Source: Chrysemys picta bellii (taxonomy: Eukaryota). Taken from it: a DNA stretch of 64,000 nt. Below the pieces are notes generated by a model. It saw only the letters and a program-made list of their open reading frames with translations. It was not told where the DNA came from and did no database searches. Both the position numbers and the translations under genes were made by a program. Numbering within the stretch: the first letter of the stretch is position 1; the number at the start of each line of letters is the position of its first letter. The stretch spans positions 26,784,001 to 26,848,000 of the forward strand of contig NC_088807.1 of NCBI RefSeq assembly GCF_011386835.1, given 5' to 3'. Positions 55,201-64,000 of this stretch are shown here, in pieces.

Positions 55201-58200
55201 CTGCTGAGCATCCAGGAGCCGCGTGTCCGAGCCCTGTACGGGGGCGTCGAAACCGTCAACGTGAGTCATGCCCCCATGGCCGGGGGGAGCGAGGGCGGGG
55301 GGCTGGGATGAGGGGAAGGGGACGCGGCGGGGGGCCCGTCCGCTGGGGACGGGGGATCTGAGTGGGGTGGGGGGAAGGGGAGGCGGCGGGGGGCCTGTCC
55401 GCTGGGGATGGGGGATCTGAGTGGGGTGGGGGGAAGGGGAGGTGGTGGGGGGTCCGTCAGTTGGGGACGGGGGATCTGAGTGGGGTGGGGGGAAGGGGAC
55501 GCGGCGGGGGGTCCGTCAGTTGGGGACGGGGGATCTGAGCGGGGTGGGGGGAAGTGGGGACAGTTTCGGGGGGGGACGGGACAGTTTCCTGCAACCCACC
55601 CCCCTTCCCCACCCGAACTGACAGACCCAAAACTTCTCCCTGCTGCCCCCCCCGATCAGACTCCCCCGGCTTGTACCCCATGGAATCCCCCGACATGCTG
55701 CCCCCCCCCATTCCTGGCCGCCCCTGCTGGGTTGCTGAACCACCCAACACGCTGACCCTGCTGGAGTCCTGTCACCCCCCACCCCCGTTCCCAGCCATCT
55801 CCACTGACCCTCTGCCTCCCCCCAGAGCTGCCGGGTGCTGAATGACTCCCTCATGCTGTGCCAGGCGCCCGGCATTGTGCCGGGGGGGCGGGAGCTGCCT
55901 GCGGGGGGGGCCTCCCCTGACGAATTCGGCTTCCTGCTGGACCACGTCCAGGCGGCTCGAACCCTCAACCGCTCGGCCTTCACCTACTACCCCGACCCCC
56001 AGGTCGAGCCCTTCGGCCCTGCGGGGGTGCTGGAGGTGAAACCCGGCTCCCACATTGTCCTCAAGGTATGGGGGGAAGGGGGGCTTAGCAGGGCTGCGGG
56101 TCAGGAGTGAGGGGCACCGGCAGGGCTGGGTGGGGCAGGGCTGGGCTAGCAGGGGGCTGCGGATCAGGAGTGAGGGGCACCACTGGTGCTCTGTCTGGCC
56201 CGGACGCTGGGTCCAATCTCCCTCCCCCTTTCACTGTCCCACCCCCCAGGGCAGGAACCTGATCCCGGCGGCCGCTGGGGGGGCCCGTCTGAACTACACT
56301 GTGCTGATTGGGGGGGAGCCCTGCGCCCTGACGGTGTCAGAGACCCAGCTGCTCTGTGACTCGCCCAGCCAGACAGGGGAGCAGCCAGTCACGGTGCGTT
56401 GCTGGGGGGAAGGGGGGCACGGCCAGGGGCTCCCCCAGGGGGTGGGGTTGGGGGCACGTGTTCTGTGGCGGGGGCAGCCCCTTGCTCTGTGGTGTGGGGG
56501 CGGGACACGGGGTGGATCAGAGATCACGGGGGCTGGGGGGTGAGCAGTCCCTCTTGGGGAGCTCTGGGGGGAGGTTACATATGTGGGGTGCGTTCGAGGG
56601 GGACAGATTGAGTGGGGGGGCTGGGAGGGGGTTGTCTCATCAGATCCAGGGGGGAATTTGTACCCCCCATTGCAGATCTGGGGGGGGCAAAATGTGGGGG
56701 GAGGTGCCCCCGATTCTCCCGTCCCACATTCTGGGGGGGTTGTTCCTGGGAAGTTGGGGGGCGCCCCCCATCTAACCTCCGCTCCCTCCCCTCGTTCCAG
56801 ATCCTGGTGGGGGGCCTGTCCTTCTCTCCCGGCTCCCTGCACATCTACCCCGAGGCGGCCCTGCCCCTGGGGGCGCTGGTGGGGCTGGGCGTGGGGGGGT
56901 CCCTGCTGCTCCTTGCCATTATCGGGGTGCTGGTTGCCTACAAGCGCAAGACCCGCGACGCCGACCGGACCCTCAAGCGGTTGCAACTGCAGATGGACAA
57001 TCTGGAGTCACGGGTCGCGCTGGAGTGCAAGGAGGGTGAGGCTGGGGGGCAGGGAGGGGGGGCAGGAGCACAGAGAGGGGGTTGGACAGGGGGGTTGAAG
57101 TGCAGGGAGAGTGGGGAGGGCTGGGGGGTTGGACTGGGAGGCTGGAGTGCAGGGAGGGTGAGGTTGGGGGTGAGGAGGGGGGCAGGAGCGCAGAGAGGGG
57201 GTTGGACTGGGGGGTTGAAGCGCAGGGAGAGTGGGGGGGCTGGGGGGTTGGACTGGGGGGGTTGAAGCGCAGGGAGGGTGAGGCTGGGGGGCGGGGAGGG
57301 GGGGCAGGAGCGCAGAGAGGGGGTTGGACTGGGGTGTTGAAGTGCAGAGAGAGTGTGGGGGCTGGGAGTTGGACTGGGAGGTTGAAGCGCAGGGAGAGTG
57401 GGGGGGCTGGGGTGTTGGACTGGGGGGCTGGAGTGCAGGGAGAGTGTGGGGGTTGGACTGGGGGTCTGGAGTGCAAGGAGGGTGAGGCTGGGGGGCGGGG
57501 AGGGGTGTTGAAGCGCAGGGAGAGTGGGGGGCTAGGGGGTTGGACTGGGGGGCTGGAGTGCAGGGAAGGAGGGGGACGCATGCTGGGGTGGGGGAGGGAT
57601 GGAGGCAGAGGGGTCCCTGGGTATGGATTAGGAGGAAGGGGGGACTGGGAGAGGGGCTGGGGCTCTGGGCAGAGGGGGCTAAGATGAGGGGGCTGGGCTG
57701 GGGGTCAGGAGCACAGGGAGGGTGGGGCTGGGGGGTCCTGCTGTGGTGCTAGGCAGGTGCTGAGTTGGGGGGCAGGAGACGTTGGGATGGAGGGCGAGCG
57801 GTTGCCCCTGCATGGGAGAAGGGCAGGGTCGGGTGTCCCCCCCTGACCCTCCCGCCCTCCCCCAGCCTTTGCAGAGCTGCAGACCGACATCAACGAGCTG
57901 ACGAACAACTTGGACGGGGTGAAGATCCCGTTCCTGGACTATCGGACGTACGCCCTGCGGGTGCTGTTCCCCGGCGAGGAGCCCCCCATGCTGCGCCATG
58001 GCCACGTGAGTGGGGGCCGGGCCAGGGTGGGCTGCAGAGCAGAGCGGGGGCTGGGCTGGGGGGAAGAACAGGGGGACTGGGGAGCACAGTGGGGGGCAGA
58101 GAGGAGGGCTGGGCTGGGGGGCGGAGCCGGAGGGTGGATATAGGCGGGGGGCAGAGCGGGAGGTTGGGCTGGGGCGACTGGGAGGCAGAGCGGGCTCTAG

Positions 58201-61200
58201 GCTGGGCTGGGGCGACTGGGGGGCAGAGCGGGGGCTGGGCGGGGGGGACTGTATCTCACCCCGTGCCCCCCCCAGGCGCCCCCCGGGGCAGAGCGGGGCC
58301 TGCGGCTCTTCGGGCAGCTCCTGCACTGCCGGCCCTTCCTGCTGACCTTCATCCACGCGCTGGAGGGGCAGCGCGGGTTCTCCATGCGGGACCGGGGGGC
58401 CGTGGCCTCCCTCACGCTGGTGGCCCTGCAGGGCCGGCTGGACTACGCCACCGGCGTCCTCAAGCAATTGCTGGCCGACCTCATCGAGAAGAATCTGCAG
58501 AACCGGGCCCATCCCAAGCTGCTGCTGCGCAGGTGAGGCCTGGGGAGCCCCCAAACCCCCTGGGACCCCTCCCCCCGTTCCCCTGGGACCTCCCTGACAC
58601 CCCCGGGATTGCCCGGGACCCCCTGTTTCCCTGGGACCCTCCAAGCCCGGACACCTGGGTTCTCAGCAGTAAGGCCCCCCCAGGAGTGCGCCCGGGAGCC
58701 GCTGTTCCTGCTGTTCTGTGCTCCCAAGATCTCCTCTGTTCCCCTGAACCCCCAGAACCCCCGGAACCCCCATTCCCCAGGCCCCCATCCTGCCACAGGG
58801 AACCTGCCGAGCCATGTGCTCTCCAGGTGAGACCCCGCCCAGGAACCGCCCCCCGTGACCCACAGTAACCCGGACTCCTGGGTCCCCGGTCTCTCCCTCC
58901 CCCAGGACGGAGTCGGTGGCTGAGAAGATGCTGACAAACTGGTTCACCTTCCTGCTGCATCGGTTCCTGAAGGTGAGAGAGGGGTGGGGGCTGGGAGCCC
59001 CGCCCCGGACACCTGGGTTCTCTCCTGGCTCTGGGAGGGGAGGGGGGCTGGTGGTTAGAGCAGGGGGGGCTGGGAGCCAGGACTCCTGGGTTCTCTCCCC
59101 GGCTCTGGGAGGGGAGTGGGGGCTGGAGGTTAGAGCAGGGGGGCTGGGAGCCAGGACTCCTGGGTTCTCTCCCCGGCTCTGGGAGGGGAGCGGGCTCTGG
59201 TGGTTAGAGCAGGGGGGGCTGGGAGCCAGGACTCCTGGGTTCTCTCCCCAGCTCTGGGAGGGGAGGGGGGCTGGTGGTTAGAGCAGGGGGGACTGGAAGC
59301 CCGGACGCCTGGGTTCTCAGCAGTAATGCCCCCCCAGGAGTGTGCCGGGGAGCCGCTGTTCCTGCTGTTCTGTGCCATCAAGCAGCAGATGGAGAAGGGG
59401 CCGATGGACGCGGTGACGGGGGAGGCGCGGTACTCGCTGAGCGAGGACAAACTCATCCGCCAGCAGATCGACTACAAGACCCTGGTCAGCTGGGGGCAGG
59501 GGGCAGGAGGGGGGTCAGGCTGGGGGACCCCATTTGCCCAGGCGCTGGGCCATGCCCCAGCTGTTATCGGAACCCTGGAGAGTGACCTCTCTGGCCCCCA
59601 CGCATCTCCTAGGGGGGCTGGGGGCCCTCCTCCGACCCTGTGTCCCCCTGTCTGCATCTCCAGCAGCCCCCCAAAATCCCATTTGCCCCCTGGCACCCAA
59701 CACTGGGGGGGAATCACTTTGGGGGGCTCCGGGCATGTGTCATTCCCCCACCCATGGGTCACTCCCCCAGGGAGGGAGCAAAGTCCAGGGGTGGAGAAAC
59801 CGAGTCACACCTCTGCTAGAAACTCCAGGGGGTGGGGACTGGAAGAGGGGGGAGGGGAGGGCAGGGGGTGACTCCTACCCTGGGAGAGGGGGACTCAGAC
59901 TGAAGGGACCCCCCCTGACCTGCCATCCCCCCCAGACGCTGTACTGTGCCAGCCCTGACCCCCCTGGTGGCCCCGAGGTGCCCGTGAAGGTGCTGAACTG
60001 CGACACCGTCACCCAGGCCAAGGAGAAGCTGCTGGATGCTGTGTACAGGGGGGTCCCCCATTCCCAGCGCCCCCGGGCTGATGACACGGAGCTGGGTACG
60101 GGGGAGATAGGGGGCACGGGGGGGTCCCTGTTCCCAGCACCCCCGGGCTGACAACACGGAGCTGGGTACGGGGACAATGGGGGGCACGGGCGGGGTCCCT
60201 GTTCCCAGCGCCCCTGGGCTGATGACACGGAGCAGGGTACGGGGGAGATGGGGGCACAGGGGGGTCCCCCGTTCCCAGCGCCCCCGGGCCAACGACACAG
60301 AGCTGGGTACGGGGGAGATGGGGGGCACAGGGGGGGTCCCCCGTTCCCAGTGCCCCCGGGCTGACAACACCGAGGTGAGAATGCGGGGGGGGGCACTGGG
60401 GAAGGGGTAATGGGGTTTGGGGCTCAGAGGGCCGTGGGGTATATAGAAGGTGCAAGGGGGGGAGGCTCGGGGCACAAGGCTGCCTCGGGGGGGTGGGGGG
60501 CAGGTGTTGCTGCCCAAGGGGCGTTTGATGGGGGTGGGGCTGTATTTGGGGGTCTGACACACACCCCGTTCCCAGAGTGGCGCCAGGGCCGGTCGAGCCG
60601 AACCCTCCTGCAGGACGAGGATGCCACGAGCCGCATTGAGGGCGACTGGAAACAGCTCAACACACTGGGGCACTACCAGGTGGGGCAGGGAACCCCCAGA
60701 GCTGCCCCCCACTGCCCCCCAGCCCACCCTGTAGCTCCCTGCTCCCCATCCACACCTCAACTGGAAGCAGTTCAATATGCTGGGGCTCTACCAGGTGGGG
60801 CAGGGACCCCCCCCAGAGTCCCCCACTGCCGCCAAGCCCCTGCTCTCCCCATTGCTTTCCCAGAGCCCCCCGCTCCTCCCATAACCTCCTGCTCCCCCCC
60901 CCATCCACACCCCAAATGGAAATGTGTCAATGCGGTAGGGCCCTACCACCTGGGACAGGCCCCCACATAGGGCCCCCTCACTGCCCCCCCCCATGGCCCT
61001 ACACCTCCATCCCTACCCCACACCCTGCCTGGAATTGCAGCAGCGCCCTGGGGCAGGCACCCCCCATCGTCCTCAGACAGCCCCCCATGGCCCTGCCCCC
61101 CCCTCACCTGCTGCCTCTCCCCCAGGTGACCGATGGCTCCAAGGTGGCCCTGGCGCCCCGGCAGGTCTCGGGGTGCAACCTGCCGAACTCCTGCACCTTC

Positions 61201-63944
61201 AGCCGCTCCCTGAGCCGCTACGGTAAGGCCCCCTGGACCCCTCAAGGGACCCCCCTGCCTGCCCCACAGAGACCAACCCCTCCACACATGACAGGGGGCG
61301 TGTGCTGCCCTTAGGGTGACCAGACATCAAGTGTGAAAAATCGGGAGGGGAGTGGGGGGTAATAGGAGCCTAGATAAGAAAAAGACCCAAACATCAGGAC
61401 TGTCCCTATAAAATTGGGACATCTGGTCACCCTAGCTGCCCTAGAGCAACATGGTCTTGTGGGAGGGTGGGGCTGGGACTTGGGAAGCTGGGGGGAGTGG
61501 CTGTCCCCCACATCCCAGACACCTTGTTAAGCCCCTACCCCCCCGGGCCCTACCTGCCCCAATCAGAAGACCCGCCCTGATCCCCCCCAGCCCCTTATCC
61601 CATCCAGACTGGTTGGGGGGGTAGTCAAAATGGCCTCCCCCATGCTGCTGGATGGGCAGGGAGGGGGCGGAGGGGGCTCTGGGCTCCGATGCCTCCCCAT
61701 GACCCGTCCCCCCGCCCCAGAGAGCCTCCTGCGGCCATCCAGCAGCCCCGACAGCCTGCGCTCCCGCGCCCCCATGCTGAGCCCCGAGCGCGACGGGGGC
61801 ACCCGGCTCTGGCACCTCGTCCGCAGCCACGACCCGCTGGGCGACCCCAAGGAGGGTGGCAGCAAGATGGTGTCGGAGATCTACCTCACCCGGCTCCTGG
61901 CCACCAAGGTACGGGGTGCAGGGACCTGGGGTCATGTCCTGGGGTGAGGGGAATTGGGGTGTGGGGGCAGGGTCCAGGGGCTGTGCTGGGGGATCGGGGG
62001 CCAGGGGCTGTGCAGGGGGGCTGGGCCAGGCCTCAGGGCTGGGGGGCCATGCGGGGGGCGGGGTGGGGCGGGGCCATGTGTGGCAGGGGGGCCCGGGCCA
62101 GACTGACCCCCGGCGCCCCCAGGGCACGCTGCAGAAGTTCGTGGATGACCTGTTCGAGACGCTGTTCAGCACGGCACACCGAGCCAGCGCCCTGCCCCTG
62201 CCCATCAAGTACATGTTCGACTTCCTGGACGAGCAGGCGGATCGGCGCCAGATCAGCGACCCCGACGTGCGGCACACCTGGAAGAGCAACTGGTGAGACC
62301 CCTGGAGGGGCTCGGGGGCTCTGACCCCCCCCCCCGCCTGCCCCTGCGGTTCTGGGTGAACGTGATCAGGGTGTTGGGGGGGCTGGGGAGGGCCATGGGG
62401 GGGCTCGGGGTGCCGGGGGGGTGGGTCTCTGGCACTCTCTGACCCCCATCTCCCCCGCCTGCCCCTGCGGTTCTGGGTGAACGTGATCAGGGTGTTGGGG
62501 GGGCTGGGGAGGGCCATGGGGGGGCTCGGGGTGCCGGGGGGGGGTCTCTGGCACTCTCTGACCCCCATCTCCCCTGCCTGCCCCTGCGGTTCTGGGTGAA
62601 CGTGATCAGGGTGTTGGGGGGGTGGGGAGGGCCATGGGGGGGCTCGGGGTGCCGGGGGGGTGGGTCTCTGGCACTCTCTGACCCCCATCTCCCCAGCCTG
62701 CCCCTGCGGTTCTGGGTGAACGTGATCAAGAACCCGCAGTTCGTGTTCGACGTGCACAAGAGCAGCATCACGGACGCGTGTCTCTCCGTGGTGGCCCAGA
62801 CGTTCATGGACTCATGTTCCACGTCGCCCCAGCGCCTGGGCAAGGACTCGCCCTCCACCAAACTGCTCTATGCCAAGGACCTGCCCGGCTACCGCGGCTG
62901 GGTGGAGCGGTGAGTGGGGGGAGCCAGGCAGGGGGCAGAGTGAGGGGGCAGCGAGAGCTGGGGGCACACTGCAGGGCAGAGTGGGGGGCAGGGGAGGGGC
63001 TGTGATGAGCAGGAGGGTTGGGGGGAGTGGCCGACGCAGGGGGCTCCCTCATGGGGGGAGAGGTGGGGGAGGGGCATCAGGATACAGGGGTTGGGGGGTA
63101 GAAGGGGTAACAGGGCCGTGGGGGGACAGTGAGGGGAGGGGCGCCGGGATGCGGGGGGAGGGAGTAACGGGGCCGTGGGGGGAAAGAGCAATGGGGGGAG
63201 GTGACCCTGCCCCCCCTCACCTCTGCCCCCCAGGTACTACCGGGACATCGCCAGGATGGCGCCCATCAGCGATCAAGACATGGACGCCTACCTCGGGGAG
63301 CAGTCGCGGCTCCACGCCGGGGAGTTCAACACCCTGGGGGCGCTGGGCGAGCTCTACCAGTACGTGGGGCGCTACCGCCAGGAGGTGAGACCCGCCAACC
63401 CCGCCCAGCGCTGGAGGAGCCCCCGCCCCACTGTCCCACCAATCCTGCCTGGCGCTGGGCAAGTCCCCACCCCACTGCCCACCAGTTCCCCCTGCTCCCC
63501 CTGCCCCCCAGTCCCACCCGCAGCCCCAGACCCGCAGCCCCTCCCAGCCCGGCCCTGGGCTCCCCTGCTCTGCCAGTGCCCCTCACTCCCGACCCGCAGC
63601 CCCTGCCCTCCCAGCCCCGCCAGCGCCCCTCAGTCCCCACCCCACTGCCCCCAGTTCCCCCTGCTCCCCCTGTCCCACTGCCCCCCAGTTCCCACTGCCC
63701 CCCCGCCCCCCAGTCCCACCAACCCCGCCAGGTGCTGGGCGAGTCCCCACCCCACTGCTCCCCCCGCCCGGCGCTGGGCGAGCTCTGCCAGCACACGGGA
63801 CGGGAGGTGAGACCCCCCCGGTGCCCCGACCCTGCCCCTCGCCCGCAGGTGCTGACGGCGCTGGAGCGGGACGGGAGCTGCCGGAAGCAGCGGCTGCGCC
63901 AGCGACTGGAGCAGGTCATCGCCTTGGTCTCCACCAACAGCTGA
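43298..63944 (+). CDS. PLXNA3: Plexin-A3; sema domain interrupted by an assembly gap
   Basis: Coding segments 43298-43710 (gap), 43993-44123 (two +1 indels), 44357-44457, 46233-46356, 46713-46869, 47057-47156, 48376-48490, 49324-49524, 50550-50646, 50848-51038, 51367-51512, 52411-52531, 53275-53411, 53644-53844, 55167-55260, 55826-56065, 56250-56393, 56801-57035, 57866-58005, 58276-58532, 58906-58972, 59338-59484, 59936-60095, 60576-60679, 61126-61222, 61721-61908, 62123-62292, 62697-62909, 63234-63384, 63849-63944. From 44357 onward, 4194 nt splice in frame. Sema, PSI, IPT, TM and GAP motifs ([27 protein letters not shown]) are present. Exon numbers used elsewhere follow the 33-exon human structure. 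The A3 assignment rests on sequence and synteny. Confidence 0.93.
43711..43720. other. Assembly gap (10 N) hiding roughly 300 codons of the PLXNA3 sema domain
   Basis: The ORF breaks at ..CQLLRLGD and resumes at the exon equivalent to human exon 5. Confidence 0.9.
45060..46010 (-). repeat. ~57-bp family B array in PLXNA3 intron 6
   Basis: CCCTCACTCCCGACCCRCAGMYCCCTGCTAGCCCAGCCCTGCCCCC units. Confidence 0.93.
47157..48110 (-). repeat. Family B-related composite minisatellite in PLXNA3 intron 9
   Basis: CCTCACTCCCGACCCGCAGCCCCC plus GGCCCCGCCGGCGCC or AGCCCTGCC variants. Confidence 0.93.
49540..49845 (+). repeat. GC-rich minisatellite in PLXNA3 intron 11
   Basis: GCTAGGCCCCCAAGAACCCCCGGCCTGGACCCCC units. 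Confidence 0.85.
51540..52350 (+). repeat. G-rich minisatellite in PLXNA3 intron 14
   Basis: GGGGGACRTGTTTGATCGGGCGGGAGCTGGGGGG units. Confidence 0.9.
52570..53205 (+). repeat. G-rich array with 219-bp higher-order period in PLXNA3 intron 15
   Basis: Near-identical ORFs are offset by 219 bp (52648/52867 and 52791/53010). Confidence 0.88.
54050..54911. mobile_element. Probable solo LTR (Gypsy-like) in PLXNA3 intron 17
   Basis: TG...CA termini (TGTGAAATAG ... CTTCGTCTCA). Non-tandem and compositionally distinct. No clear TSD; the family assignment is from memory. Confidence 0.5.
55315..55560 (+). repeat. Four ~60-bp tandem units in PLXNA3 intron 18
   Basis: GTCCGYYRSTGGGGACGGGGGATCTGAGTGGGGTGGGGGGAAG units. 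Confidence 0.88.
57020..57570 (+). repeat. Array derived from the PLXNA3 exon 21 3' end plus donor
   Basis: TGGAGTGCARGGAGG/GTGAGG copies with GT at 57158, 57278 and 57482. Confidence 0.8.
58643..58721 (+). repeat. Displaced 79-bp copy of the PLXNA3 exon 25 acceptor region (source 59297-59375)
   Basis: 75 of 79 positions identical by manual comparison. Confidence 0.92.
58985..59310 (-). repeat. Family A ~67-bp repeat array (AGAGAACCCAGGAGTCCTGGCTCCCAGCCCCCCTGCTCTAACCA...) in PLXNA3 intron 24
   Basis: About five units. The same family occurs at ~23020-23190, 35100-35200, 38460-38510, 40410-40520 and 44478-44585. Confidence 0.85.
60049..60380 (+). repeat. Five 70-72-bp units copying the PLXNA3 exon 26 3' end plus donor
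   Basis: CCCAG starts at 60063, 60133, 60204, 60274 and 60346. Confidence 0.93.
61312..61434. mobile_element. 123-bp hAT (Blackjack-like) MITE with perfect 8-bp TSD
   Basis: TIRs TAGGGTGACCAGA / TCTGGTCACCCTA. GCTGCCCT at 61304-61311 and 61435-61442. Confidence 0.9.
62337..62728 (+). repeat. Four ~120-bp units copying the PLXNA3 exon 31 acceptor and first 32 coding nt
   Basis: CCTGCCCCTGCGGTTCTGGGTGAACGTGATCA at 62337, 62458, 62577 and the true exon at 62697. Confidence 0.95.
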
Positions 63945-64000
63945 GGGGGGCTGGCCCCATGGCCAGCCAGTGCGACCTTCGACCTCCGGGGTGACGTGAC

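Noticed and set aside
43298-63944. PLXNA3 as a pseudogene
   Set aside because: The only disruptions are two indels next to an assembly gap. The 28 later exons are in frame with intact catalytic motifs.

Overview
Vertebrate genomic DNA, very GC-rich and dense in tandem repeats. The repeat content (CR1, Penelope-like, hAT MITEs) suggests a non-avian reptile, probably a turtle; that assignment is inference. The window holds four spliced genes on the + strand in the same order as the human Xq28 block: ATP6AP1 (10 coding exons, 450 aa), GDI1 (11 exons, 447 aa), FAM50A (13 exons, 339 aa) and PLXNA3. In PLXNA3 part of the sema domain falls in a 10-N gap and one exon has two +1 indels; the remaining 1397 codons splice in frame. 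Exon coordinates were traced by hand from GT-AG boundaries and remembered human orthologue sequences. There are two assembly gaps and a probable false duplication at 1-1484. Mobile DNA includes four CR1 fragments, a deleted Penelope-like element with 230-bp inverted ends carrying a minimal hammerhead-ribozyme motif, two 29-36-bp Penelope micro-insertions with 12-bp target duplications, two hAT MITEs and a probable solo LTR. The most unusual pattern is that at least eight exon-intron junctions have been locally copied into the neighbouring intron, leaving decoy splice sites. Also notable are a repeat-spacer-like motif array upstream of GDI1 and an orphan TATA/CCAAT/NRF1 CpG promoter facing the Penelope element. 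No tRNA, rRNA or CRISPR array is supported. Most long ORFs in the supplied track are translations of repeats.
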